Positions 38,333 through 47,898 of a stretch of 64,000 bases of DNA are shown in pieces (position 1 is the first letter of the stretch; each line of letters begins with the position of its first letter). The DNA lies in contig NZ_CANMSJ010000003.1 of NCBI RefSeq assembly GCF_947500605.1, positions 331,816-395,815 of the forward strand, given 5' to 3'. The notes under the pieces are model-generated. The model did not search any database. It was not told where the DNA came from and saw only the letters and a program-made list of their open reading frames with translations. The stretch is from an uncultured Lacinutrix sp. GTDB lineage: Bacteria; Bacteroidota; Bacteroidia; Flavobacteriales; Flavobacteriaceae. A program made the translations under genes and the position numbers.

Positions 38333-39127
38333 TTAATTTAAAAGTGAAAAGCCAATTGCAATTAATCCTACAACTACGCAATAAATAGCGAAATAAGATA
38401 GCTTACTTTTTTTAACTAAAGCAATCATCCAAGTGCACGCAAATAAACCAGATATAAAAGCCGCTACAAATCCAGCACCTAAAGCTGTTATGTTCTGACT
38501 TTCGAAAGATAAATCACCGCCCAAAAGATCTTTTGCAATTTTACCAATAATTAAAGGTACAACCATTAAAAACGAAAAACGTGCAGCTTTCGTTTTGTCA
38601 TTACCTAATAATACAGAAGTTGATATTGTAGCTCCACTTCTAGAAATTCCTGGAAGCATAGCAATAGCTTGAGAGATACCAATAATAAGAGCATCTTTAA
38701 AACCGACTTTCTTTTGAGTGTTTTTAGCTTTGTCTGCTAAAAATAATAGTGCGGCAGTTACTAAAAGCATGCAGCCTACAAGCATTATATTTCCTCCAAA
38801 AAGTTGTTCGAGTTGCTCTTCAAAAAAAAGACCGACTATAACAGCAGGAATCATAGAAATTATAATTTTTCCGGCAAAGCGTTGGTCTTCGTTAATACCA
38901 GGTTTAAATAATCCTTTAACAATATCAATTATATCTTTTCTAAAAATTACAATAGTACTTAGTGCCGTTGCAAAGTGTAGCACAACAGTAAATAGTAAAC
39001 TCTCTTCAGGAACCGAATTATCGCCTAATATGGCTTTACCTAATTCTAAATGTCCACTAGAAGATACAGGAAGAAATTCTGTTAGTCCTTGAATAATGCC
39101 TAAAATGATTGAGTCGATAATGTTCAT
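38333..39127 (-). CDS. uppP: Undecaprenyl-diphosphatase
   Basis: GLTEFLPVSSSGH, PGISRSG. Confidence 0.96.
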   Translation of the reverse strand: MNIIDSIILGIIQGLTEFLPVSSSGHLELGKAILGDNSVPEESLLFTVVLHFATALSTIVIFRKDIIDIVKGLFKPGINEDQRFAGKIIISMIPAVIVGLFFEEQLEQLFGGNIMLVGCMLLVTAALLFLADKAKNTQKKVGFKDALIIGISQAIAMLPGISRSGATISTSVLLGNDKTKAARFSFLMVVPLIIGKIAKDLLGGDLSFESQNITALGAGFVAAFISGLFACTWMIALVKKSKLSYFAIYCVVVGLIAIGFSLLN

Positions 39128-39171
39128 TCGGCAAAAATATCAAAATTGAATGACCAAAAGGTCGTTTGTAG

Positions 39172-39447
39172 TTAATTTTTAGAATCGGAATCTTCTTTAC
39201 GCGTTAAAATAGCATAAATCTGCATGCCAAAACCAATAAGAACTAAAGCTGGAGCTAGCCTAATACGTCTCCAATGAAAAATATCTTCATTAAAAACAGT
39301 TGGGTCATCGTTACCACCACCAGACATTAAAATAAAACCTATTACAATAAAGGCTAAACCAATAAACATAAATTTATAGTTGCGTTTACCAAAGATAAAT
39401 TCACCTTTATTCTCCGAACCGATTTCTTTACGTTTTTGCTCTCCCAC
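39172..39447 (-). CDS. DUF3098 family membrane protein
   Basis: FGKRNY..GF.LMSGG..RIRLAP; GTG start. Confidence 0.82.
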   Translation of the reverse strand: MGEQKRKEIGSENKGEFIFGKRNYKFMFIGLAFIVIGFILMSGGGNDDPTVFNEDIFHWRRIRLAPALVLIGFGMQIYAILTRKEDSDSKN

Positions 39448-39448
39448 T

Positions 39449-39811
39449 TTATGTAGATTTTATAATTTGTGTAATATGTTCACTAGTAATTTTACTACCC
39501 AATATTCTTGGTAAGTGCAAAGTAACGGTTTTATTTAAAACTTTCACCTCTAATGAATCTAAATTTAACCCATTCTCATGACTATGCATTATGTGATAAT
39601 ATTCATGATGTATAACATTATATGCGCTGTTTAAAGCTGTGCCTTCGGCTATTTTTGTAATCTCTTTGGCTTTAAATTTTCGACTTTCAGAAGTAGTTTT
39701 GTCAAATTTAATAGACAAAAACAACTGGTAAATTAAAAAAATAACCCAAGAGATTACAATAAGAGCACTAATTATAGCAATCCCATTTCTTGTTTTTAAT
39801 GACAAACTCAA
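39449..39811 (-). CDS. Hypothetical membrane-anchored protein with His-rich HExxH motif
   Basis: 120-aa ORF, TTG start, N-terminal TM, HHEYYHIMHSHE. Confidence 0.55.
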   Translation of the reverse strand: MSLSLKTRNGIAIISALIVISWVIFLIYQLFLSIKFDKTTSESRKFKAKEITKIAEGTALNSAYNVIHHEYYHIMHSHENGLNLDSLEVKVLNKTVTLHLPRILGSKITSEHITQIIKST

Positions 39812-39815
39812 AATA

Positions 39816-39959
39816 TTAATCGTAAAGTCCTTTAATGTAGTGTTTACTCGTATCTACCTTAACGACTTTAGTCGATCTATCTTCTATCTTGTTTTGAGAT
39901 AACAATACAAAACTTGTTATCGCTACAATACCTATAAATACAAATGTTACTCGTTTCAT
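39816..39959 (-). CDS. Small 47-aa signal/TM-anchored protein not in the ORF track
   Basis: Manual translation MKRVTFVFIGIVAITSFVLLSQNKIEDRSTKVVKVDTSKHYIKGLYD*; A-rich start context; stop 4 nt before the next gene. Confidence 0.55.
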   Translation of the reverse strand: MKRVTFVFIGIVAITSFVLLSQNKIEDRSTKVVKVDTSKHYIKGLYD

Positions 39960-40111
39960 AATTTTTAAATTAAGAGATTTATAAATGTAATGGTATAGTC
40001 AATATATCTGGTTTTTTGTTATGTAAATATAACCTCTAACTTTCCTAAATATTGTTAAGGCTAAAGTTAAAGAATGTTAAACTTAATAAGAAGAAAAAAA
40101 ACGAAGCGCTC

Positions 40112-40990
40112 TTAGTAATAGAGCTTATCTGTGTTAAGGTTTAAAAAACGCTGAGTAGCGAAAAAAGTAGAAATCCAGGTAATAAATATACCAAGGAAAA
40201 ATACTATAGTAAAGAGGCCTATAATAAGAATAGGTTTACTTAATAACTCTAATTCAGGGAATGTTTTGTCTATATAATAAAGCACAACAGCCATTCCTAT
40301 TAAAGCTAAAATAGCACCAAATATCCCTAGTTTTACACTTCTCCATATAAAAGGTCTTCTAATAAAGCGTTTTGTTGCACCAACCATTTGCATGGTTTTA
40401 ATGGTAAAACGCTTAGAATATACTGCTAATCTAATCGAACTGTTGATTAATAAAACGGCGATTAATGTAAATAGTCCAGTTATTAGTAAAACCCAAAAAC
40501 TAATTTTCTTAACATTATCATTCATTAGGTTTACAAGGTCATTATCATAACTAACTTCTTCTACAAAGTTTTTAGTTAATGCTTCATCGGCAATAATTTG
40601 TAATTTTTCTGAGGTTACAAAATCTGCTTTTAAGTTTACATCGATCGAATTTTTTAACGGATTACTTCCTAAAAAGTCCATAAAATCCTCACCACTTTCG
40701 GCTTTCATAAATTCGGCAGCTTGCTCTTTAGATACAAAAGTTGTCGATTTTACGTAGTCTGCCATTGCTAAACTTTTTTCAAGTTGTTTAGTTTCAACAT
40801 CCTTAGCAGTATCTTTTAAAAAAATAGTAACGGTAACTTGCTCTTTAAAATGATCGGCTACTTTTTTTGCATTCAATACCAAAAGGCCTAATAAGCCTAA
40901 TAAAAATAGAACGAGTCCAATACTTAAAACTACAGAAAAGTATGAAGAAATTAAACGACGTTTTTGGTATTTATCAAAAGATGAGCTCAT
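40112..40990 (-). CDS. ftsX: Cell division permease FtsX
   Basis: N-terminal TM, periplasmic domain, TMQMVGATKRFIRRPF. Confidence 0.92.
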   Translation of the reverse strand: MSSSFDKYQKRRLISSYFSVVLSIGLVLFLLGLLGLLVLNAKKVADHFKEQVTVTIFLKDTAKDVETKQLEKSLAMADYVKSTTFVSKEQAAEFMKAESGEDFMDFLGSNPLKNSIDVNLKADFVTSEKLQIIADEALTKNFVEEVSYDNDLVNLMNDNVKKISFWVLLITGLFTLIAVLLINSSIRLAVYSKRFTIKTMQMVGATKRFIRRPFIWRSVKLGIFGAILALIGMAVVLYYIDKTFPELELLSKPILIIGLFTIVFFLGIFITWISTFFATQRFLNLNTDKLYY

Positions 40991-41075
40991 AAAAAGAGTT
41001 TAGTTAATGGTGTAAAAATAATAAAGAAAATGAACAATACTTCAAAAGATTTAAGTCTTTTGTTTTCAATTAAAT

Positions 41076-41101
41076 TGTCTTTCCCTTTAAAACGGGAATC
41101 T
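41076..41101 (+). repeat. Degenerate REP copy
   Basis: tgtctttccctttaaaacgggaatct resembles GTCATTCC..GGAATCT. Confidence 0.4.
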
Positions 41102-41197
41102 TCCTAAATTCATGTTTAATATAATTACAACGTTTAAACTTTTAATTCTGTTGTAATACCTTTAAATTTGACGCTTTATAAGCGGAAAAACAAGACC

Positions 41198-44100
41198 ATG
41201 CAATACGATTTTAATAGAATAGAAAGAGACTGGCAAAAATATTGGGCAGAAAACCAAACGTTTAAAGCCTCAAACAATAGCGATAAACCTAAATATTACG
41301 TACTCGATATGTTTCCTTATCCATCTGGAGCAGGTTTACACGTTGGGCATCCTTTAGGCTATATTGCCAGCGATATTTATGCGCGTTACAAGCGCCATAA
41401 AGGTTTTAATGTATTGCATCCTCAAGGTTACGATAGTTTTGGTTTACCTGCAGAGCAGTATGCAATACAAACAGGACAGCATCCTGCAATTACTACAGAA
41501 ACCAATATTAAAACTTATAGAAGGCAGTTAGATCAAATTGGTTTTTCTTTCGATTGGTCTCGAGAAGTACGAACTTCTAATCCGGAATATTACAAATGGA
41601 CGCAATGGATATTTATTCAATTATTCGAATCGTATTATTGCAATAATGATAATAAAGCTAAAGATATAACAGAATTAGTCTCTATTTTTTCTTCGGAAGG
41701 AAATGCCAATGTTAACGTTGCTTGCGATGATGATATTGAAGTATTTACTGCCGAAGCTTGGAACAGTTTTTCAACTGAAGAACAACAAGCAATACTATTA
41801 AAATACAGATTAACATACCTAGCTGAAACCGAAGTAAATTGGTGTCCAGTTTTAGGAACCGTTTTAGCAAACGACGAGATTGTAAATGGTGTATCGGAAC
41901 GTGGTGGACATCCAGTTGTACGTAAAAAGATGACACAATGGAGTATGCGAATTTCTGCTTATGCAGAACGTTTATTGCAAGGTTTGGAAGCTGTTGATTG
42001 GACAGATTCTTTAAAAGAAACACAGCGTAACTGGATTGGAAAATCGGTTGGAGCTACAGTGTCGTTCAATGTCACTCAGAGCGAAAGCGAAGAGTCTCAT
42101 AAAATAGAAGTTTTCACCACAAGACCAGATACTATTTTTGGAGTAAGTTTCATGACGTTAGCGCCAGAACACGAACTAGTATCTATATTAACAACAGCAG
42201 ACCAAAAAGAAGCTGTTGAAGCCTATATAGAAAAAACCGCAAAACGTAGCGAACGCGATCGTATGGCAGATGTAAAAACCATTTCTGGTGTATTTACAGG
42301 TGCTTATGCAGAACATCCTTTTACTAAAGAACCAGTGCAAATTTGGATTGGTGATTACGTATTAGCAAGTTACGGAACAGGAGCTGTTATGGCTGTGCCT
42401 TGTGGAGATCAGCGCGATTACGATTTTGCAAAACACTTTAATATTGAGATTCCTAACATTTTTGAAGGCGTAGATATTAGTGAAGAAGCTTTTACCGGAA
42501 AAGACAATGTAAAGATTGCTAATAGCGATTTCCTAAACGGAATGAACTATAAAAAAGCAAGTAAATTAGCGATCTACGAACTAGAAAAACTAGGTCAAGG
42601 AGAAGGTAAAACAAACTATAGATTACGTGATGCTGTATTTTCTAGACAGCGTTATTGGGGAGAACCATTTCCTGTGTATTATGTAAATGGAATGCCACAA
42701 ATGATAGATGCACAACATCTACCAATACAATTACCAGAAGTAGAAAAGTATTTACCAACCGAAGAAGGTGAGCCGCCATTAGGCCGTGCTGATGTTTGGG
42801 CTTGGGATACTAAAAATAACAAAGTTGTTTCTAACGATCTTTGTCATTCAGAGCAAAGCGAAGAATCTCATAATGGTATCTATCCTTTAGAATTAAACAC
42901 AATGCCGGGTTGGGCTGGAAGCTCATGGTACTTTTTCCGTTATATGGAGGAAGCAGCCAATAGAGGAGATGTTTTTGCAAGTGAAGATGCCCTTAAATAT
43001 TGGGAAAATGTAGATTTATATATTGGTGGAGCAGAGCATGCTACTGGTCACTTATTATATTCTCGTTTCTGGGTAAAATTATTAAAAGATAGAGGTTTTG
43101 TAAATGTTGAAGAGCCTTTTAAAAAGCTAATAAACCAAGGGATGATTCTTGGGACTAGTGCTTTTGTAAAGAGAATAGCATGGTCATTATCAGGAGAATC
43201 AGATTTTGATCAAACAAAGCTGCCTTATGTTTGTTTATCAGAAGATATATCTGAAAAAATTATAAATAAAGATGCAGTAGCAATTGTTGAAATAAAGAAT
43301 AAACTTCAAAAAATTATTGATGATTTAGGTATAGGTAATTTACGTGTTAACAATTTTTCTAATGATTTGGATGGTCTTGATTTTATGCCGGTTCATGTTA
43401 AGGTACAATATGTAAATGCTTCAGATGAATTAAATATTGAGGGTTTAAAAAATGATGGTGAGTTTGGAGATGATTATGCTAATGCAATTTTTATAGGAAA
43501 TAAAGGAGAAATAGTTGAAGAAGGAAAAGGTGTGTTCAAAGTAGGACGCGAAGTAGAAAAAATGTCGAAATCAAAATACAACGTTGTCAATCCAGACAAC
43601 ATTGTAGCAGATTACGGAGCAGACAGTCTTCGTTTATACGAAATGTTTTTAGGTCCATTAGAACAATACAAGCCATGGAATACAGCAGGTATTACAGGTG
43701 TGCATAATTTCTTAAAGAAACTATGGAAATTGTATGTAGATGATAATGGTTTAAAAATAAACGACGCAGAACCAACAAAAGACAACCTTAAAACGTTGCA
43801 CAAAACCATAAAGAAAGTACAGGAAGATATCGAGAATTTCTCTTTTAATACTTCGGTTTCTACTTTTATGATTGCTGTAAACGAACTTGGTGCTCAAAAA
43901 TGTACAAGTAAAGACGTACTAGAGCCTTTATTGGTTTTAATATCGCCTTACGCACCACATATTGCTGAAGAATTATACAGTAAATTAGGAAATAGTACAT
44001 CTATTTCTACTGCTGCTTTTCCAGAATTTGAAGCAAGCCATTTAGTAGAGAGTAGTAAAAATTACCCAATTTCATTTAATGGTAAAATGCGTTTTACGTT

Positions 44101-44239
44101 AGAGTTACCAATGGATTTAAGTAAAGACGAAATAGAAAAAGCCGTTATGGCTCACGAAAAAACCATAGCACAATTAGAAGGGCGCACGCCTAAAAAAGTA
44201 ATTGTAGTTCCTGGTAAAATTGTAAATATAGTAGGCTAA
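41198..44239 (+). CDS. leuS: Leucine--tRNA ligase
   Basis: MFPYPSGAGLHVGH, FTTRPDT, NTMPGWAGS, KMSKS; ATG at 41198 after TAAATTTG. Confidence 0.98.
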   Translation: MQYDFNRIERDWQKYWAENQTFKASNNSDKPKYYVLDMFPYPSGAGLHVGHPLGYIASDIYARYKRHKGFNVLHPQGYDSFGLPAEQYAIQTGQHPAITTETNIKTYRRQLDQIGFSFDWSREVRTSNPEYYKWTQWIFIQLFESYYCNNDNKAKDITELVSIFSSEGNANVNVACDDDIEVFTAEAWNSFSTEEQQAILLKYRLTYLAETEVNWCPVLGTVLANDEIVNGVSERGGHPVVRKKMTQWSMRISAYAERLLQGLEAVDWTDSLKETQRNWIGKSVGATVSFNVTQSESEESHKIEVFTTRPDTIFGVSFMTLAPEHELVSILTTADQKEAVEAYIEKTAKRSERDRMADVKTISGVFTGAYAEHPFTKEPVQIWIGDYVLASYGTGAVMAVPCGDQRDYDFAKHFNIEIPNIFEGVDISEEAFTGKDNVKIANSDFLNGMNYKKASKLAIYELEKLGQGEGKTNYRLRDAVFSRQRYWGEPFPVYYVNGMPQMIDAQHLPIQLPEVEKYLPTEEGEPPLGRADVWAWDTKNNKVVSNDLCHSEQSEESHNGIYPLELNTMPGWAGSSWYFFRYMEEAANRGDVFASEDALKYWENVDLYIGGAEHATGHLLYSRFWVKLLKDRGFVNVEEPFKKLINQGMILGTSAFVKRIAWSLSGESDFDQTKLPYVCLSEDISEKIINKDAVAIVEIKNKLQKIIDDLGIGNLRVNNFSNDLDGLDFMPVHVKVQYVNASDELNIEGLKNDGEFGDDYANAIFIGNKGEIVEEGKGVFKVGREVEKMSKSKYNVVNPDNIVADYGADSLRLYEMFLGPLEQYKPWNTAGITGVHNFLKKLWKLYVDDNGLKINDAEPTKDNLKTLHKTIKKVQEDIENFSFNTSVSTFMIAVNELGAQKCTSKDVLEPLLVLISPYAPHIAEELYSKLGNSTSISTAAFPEFEASHLVESSKNYPISFNGKMRFTLELPMDLSKDEIEKAVMAHEKTIAQLEGRTPKKVIVVPGKIVNIVG
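42070..42102 (+). repeat. In-frame REP-like element inside leuS, copy 1
   Basis: tgtcactcagagcgaaagcgaagagtctcataa, translated VTQSESEESH. Confidence 0.8.
42842..42873 (+). repeat. In-frame REP-like element inside leuS, copy 2
   Basis: tgtcattcagagcaaagcgaagaatctcataa, translated CHSEQSEESH. Confidence 0.8.
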
Positions 44240-44265
44240 AACAATGTTAGCTTATTTAGTGATAG

Positions 44266-44299
44266 ATGGATTCTTTTGAAAGAGAGAATCCATTTTTTT
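44266..44299 (+). terminator. Intrinsic terminator after leuS
   Basis: atggattct..agaatccat plus T tract. Confidence 0.82.
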
Positions 44300-44434
44300 A
44301 TACTTTACATTTAAATAAGGTTATTCAAGTTTTTCTATTTATTTTTAGGGTTAGGCTTTGGTTTTTCCGCGGAAGCGATAGAGAAATTGTTTTTAAAATT
44401 AGTTAAGCAATTAGAATAATAGCAAAAAAAGGAG

Positions 44435-44803
44435 ATGGGTTTTAAAATTAAACGGAATGACCAAATAGGAATGTTTTTCTTTGCAGCATTTGTAATAGGT
44501 ACATCTTTAATATGGTTTTTCGAAGAGCGGTTTAATTCAAAGCAATGGAAATCGAGTCCAGGAATGCGCTATAAAATTGTAGAAGACCTTTTGGATAATA
44601 AATTAATTGTAGGCAAAAGAAAAGCAGCTGTTATTGTTTTATTAGGAGAAGGAGAGGTGTATAATGTTAATGGAAAAGAACATATGGAATACCGTTTAGG
44701 TATTAAACCTACTTTTTTTGAAGAAAAACGAGAGAAGCTAACTGTCGTTTTTAAATACGATGTAGCTACAGAGGTGATTCATTCTAAAGAAAAACTAAAA
44801 TAA
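44435..44803 (+). CDS. Hypothetical membrane-anchored protein
   Basis: 122-aa ORF; N-terminal TM; FNSKQWK..VIVLLG pattern. Confidence 0.65.
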   Translation: MGFKIKRNDQIGMFFFAAFVIGTSLIWFFEERFNSKQWKSSPGMRYKIVEDLLDNKLIVGKRKAAVIVLLGEGEVYNVNGKEHMEYRLGIKPTFFEEKREKLTVVFKYDVATEVIHSKEKLK

Positions 44804-44887
44804 ACCATTTGTTAGCTGACATTTTTTCGGTTAAAGACATTGGCTTACTTTTTGTTATATTTATAACTAGAATTAATATTTAAAATT

Positions 44888-45601
44888 ATGATGGGAACAG
44901 GTTATATGGGTTACTATATTATTATTGGAATAATATCTGTAGTAAGCTGGTTGGTTAGCAACCAATTAAAAAAGAAGTTTGCTAAATACTCTAAGGTGCA
45001 TTTAAGAAATGGAATGAGCGGCGCAGAGATTGCTAGAAAAATGCTCGCAGATCATGGTATTAGAGATGTTGAGGTTATTTCTACTCCTGGACAATTAACA
45101 GACCATTACAATCCTGCAAATAAAACAGTTAATTTAAGTGAGGTTGTTTATGGCGAACGTAACGCATCGGCAGCAGCTGTTGCAGCACACGAATGTGGTC
45201 ATGCGGTACAACATGCTACGGCTTATAAGTATTTAACTATGCGCTCTAAATTAGTGCCGGTTGTTCAAGTAACATCTAATATTTCTCAATGGGTTATTTT
45301 TGGAGGTATAGCATTAATGGCAAGTGAGGCTATGGGAGCTGCTGGTAAATATGTAGCTATCGCTGGTTTAATAATGATGGGTTTTGCTACACTATTTAGT
45401 GTGGTAACTTTACCTGTAGAATACGATGCTAGTAACCGTGCATTAGCATGGTTAAAAAATAAAAACATAGTAACACCAGAAGAATATAAAGGCTCGGAAG
45501 ATGCACTTAAATGGGCTGCAAGAACTTATTTAGTGGCTGCTCTTGGAGCAATTGCTTCTTTATTGTACTTTGCTTTAAGAATATTTGGATCTAGAGATTA
45601 A
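44888..45601 (+). CDS. Membrane zinc metallopeptidase (YugP-like, Zn_peptidase_2)
   Basis: LTDHYNP..K, VAAHECGHA (HExxH), TLPVEYDAS.RA. Confidence 0.92.
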   Translation: MMGTGYMGYYIIIGIISVVSWLVSNQLKKKFAKYSKVHLRNGMSGAEIARKMLADHGIRDVEVISTPGQLTDHYNPANKTVNLSEVVYGERNASAAAVAAHECGHAVQHATAYKYLTMRSKLVPVVQVTSNISQWVIFGGIALMASEAMGAAGKYVAIAGLIMMGFATLFSVVTLPVEYDASNRALAWLKNKNIVTPEEYKGSEDALKWAARTYLVAALGAIASLLYFALRIFGSRD

Positions 45602-45627
45602 AAACAAAAAATAAGACAAACAATTAT

Positions 45628-46347
45628 ATGGAAAATTCTTTCGAAAACCCAATGCCACAACAACGTATGGCGCTTAGTGCTGTAGCGCAAGAAGAACGCG
45701 TAGCTTTTTACAAAAAAACATACGCGCATGTTGCAGTAGGTGTATTAGTATTTATCTTTTTTGAATATCTTTTTTTACAAAGTGAAGCTGTTGTAAGCTT
45801 TGCTTTATCAATGACCGAAGGTTTTAAATGGTTATTAATGTTAGGTGGTTTTATGTTTATTACTAATTATGCAGAAAACATGGCACTAAAAACGCCAGAT
45901 AAAAACAAGCAGTACTTAGCTTTTGGACTATACATTTTAGCGGAAGCTTTTATTTTTATTCCAATGATTTATATTGCTTTAACGTATCTGCCACAAGGAT
46001 CGGAAATGATACAGCAAGCGGGAATAGTTACTTTGGCCTTGTTTTCAGGATTAACAGCGGTAGTGTTTGTTACTAAAAAAGATTTTTCTTTCTTAAAAAC
46101 AGGTTTAACAATAGGTTTCTTTATTGCGCTAGGTTTAATAGTAGCAGGAACTCTTTTTGGGTTTAATATGGGATTATGGTTTTCTGTAGGTATGTGTTTA
46201 CTTGCAGGAGGTTCTATTTTATATCAAACTTCTAACCTTGTAAAAAAATATACAATAGACGATTATATTCCTGCAGCTTTAGGGTTGTTTGCTTCGTTAA
46301 TGTTATTATTCTGGTATGTATTAAGAATTTTCATGTCTAGAGATTAA
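45628..46347 (+). CDS. Bax inhibitor-1/YccA family membrane protein
   Basis: ~7 TMs, KKDFSFL, ILYQTSN, AALGLF. Confidence 0.88.
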   Translation: MENSFENPMPQQRMALSAVAQEERVAFYKKTYAHVAVGVLVFIFFEYLFLQSEAVVSFALSMTEGFKWLLMLGGFMFITNYAENMALKTPDKNKQYLAFGLYILAEAFIFIPMIYIALTYLPQGSEMIQQAGIVTLALFSGLTAVVFVTKKDFSFLKTGLTIGFFIALGLIVAGTLFGFNMGLWFSVGMCLLAGGSILYQTSNLVKKYTIDDYIPAALGLFASLMLLFWYVLRIFMSRD

Positions 46348-46369
46348 TCTATTGTAAAATTATAGAATT

Positions 46370-46399
46370 AAAAAGCTCCTCTAATTAGAGGAGTTTTTT
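46370..46399. terminator. Bidirectional intrinsic terminator
   Basis: aaaaagctcctctaa/ttagaggagtttttt. Confidence 0.85.
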
Positions 46400-46424
46400 A
46401 TTTTTATAAGTGTTCTGTTTTATA

Positions 46425-47102
46425 TTAAAACGAATTATTGTCTAAAGAAACGAGTTTGTTTTTAAGTGCATATATTACTAGTCCAGCAACATTTTTGGCT
46501 TCGGTTTTTAGAAGTAAATTATTACGATGCCCTTCTACAGTTCTTGGACTTATAAAAAGTTTTTCGGCAATATCGCTTGTGGTCATTTGATTGCAAATAA
46601 GCTCTAAAACTTCAATTTCTCTTTTTGTAAAATAGTTGGCATCGAAAGTACATTTTGTTTTTTTGTCTTTTGGGCTTACTAAGCTTTCATGGACATATTG
46701 TAGTACTTGCTCGTCGTAATAAAAACCTTTTTTTGCAACTTGTTCTATGGTTTTAATCATTAATGCTGGTGTGCTGTTTTTTGCTAAGTAAGCAACAGCT
46801 CCAATAGATATCATATTTAAAATAAAAGGTTTACTAAAGTAACTGGTTAATGCAATAACCTTAATGTTTGGAAACTCTTTTCTAATAAGTTTTGTTACTT
46901 CTACACCATTTAAACCAGGCATTTTCAAGTCGGTTACAACAATTTCTGGCTGTAGATCTGCACTACGTAATTTGTTAATTAAATCATCACCATCTTCGGC
47001 ATCAAAAAGAATGTCAATATTCTCTTGGTTACCTAAAATAGCCAGTAAACCTTGTCTAAAAAGTAACTCGTCGTCTGCTAATGCTATTTTTATTTTATTC
47101 AT
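46425..47102 (-). CDS. NarL/LuxR-family response regulator
   Basis: REC (ADDE, DLKMP, YLAK) plus HTH TKREIEVL..ISPRTVEGHRNNL. Confidence 0.95.
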   Translation of the reverse strand: MNKIKIALADDELLFRQGLLAILGNQENIDILFDAEDGDDLINKLRSADLQPEIVVTDLKMPGLNGVEVTKLIRKEFPNIKVIALTSYFSKPFILNMISIGAVAYLAKNSTPALMIKTIEQVAKKGFYYDEQVLQYVHESLVSPKDKKTKCTFDANYFTKREIEVLELICNQMTTSDIAEKLFISPRTVEGHRNNLLLKTEAKNVAGLVIYALKNKLVSLDNNSF

Positions 47103-47898
47103 TGTATTTGCAATTTATAATAAAATGACTTCCGTTATTTTGAATGCTATCAATTTTAAGTTTTCCATTTAAAATTTTAACTCGACTTTTAATATTCTGC
47201 AAGCCAATTCCAGTTTTTTTGTGTAGATCTAAAACATTAAACCCAACACCATTGTCTTGGTAATGTATTACAAAACCGCTAGCATCTTGCTCCATAAATA
47301 CAGCAAGTTCTTTTGCTTTTCCATGTTTAATAGAGTTGTTTATTAATTCTTGAATAATTCTAAATACATGTAGCTGGTTGCTTTCATTAAGTTTATGTAG
47401 CTCTTCAATATTATGTTCAATGTCTATAGCTGTATTAGTAGAAACATCATCAAAAAGCTCTTCTAAGGCGACTTTAAGTCCAAATTTATCTAAAATTGGA
47501 GGCATTAAATCGTGTGCAATTCTTCTAGAGCTTTCTAGTGTGCTAGTCGTAATTTCTAATATTTGATTTAAAGATTCGCGTTGCTTTATATTAATAACTT
47601 TATCACACAAAAGCACATTTGTACTTAGGCTAATTATATTTAGTTTAGAGCTAATAGCATCGTGTAAGTCTTGTGCTATACGGGTGCGTTCGGCTTCTTG
47701 AATAGCTATAGAGGTTTGTAATATTTTTTGTTGATTTTCTAATTTTAAAGCTGATTTTTCAAGCTCTTTTTGAACTATTTTTTGTCTTGAATAATGAAAG
47801 AACAGAATTAATCCAGTAGTTACCAAAACCAAAAAGATGATGCCATAAACTAATGCTTGAATAATTAACTTTTCGTTTTCCATAAGCTCTTTTTCCAT
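47095..47898 (-). CDS. HisKA_3 histidine kinase with a single TM and no sensor domain
   Basis: RIAQDLHD, RIIQELINNSIKHG, QDNGVGF, GIGLQNI. Confidence 0.93.
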   Translation of the reverse strand: MEKELMENEKLIIQALVYGIIFLVLVTTGLILFFHYSRQKIVQKELEKSALKLENQQKILQTSIAIQEAERTRIAQDLHDAISSKLNIISLSTNVLLCDKVINIKQRESLNQILEITTSTLESSRRIAHDLMPPILDKFGLKVALEELFDDVSTNTAIDIEHNIEELHKLNESNQLHVFRIIQELINNSIKHGKAKELAVFMEQDASGFVIHYQDNGVGFNVLDLHKKTGIGLQNIKSRVKILNGKLKIDSIQNNGSHFIINCKYNE

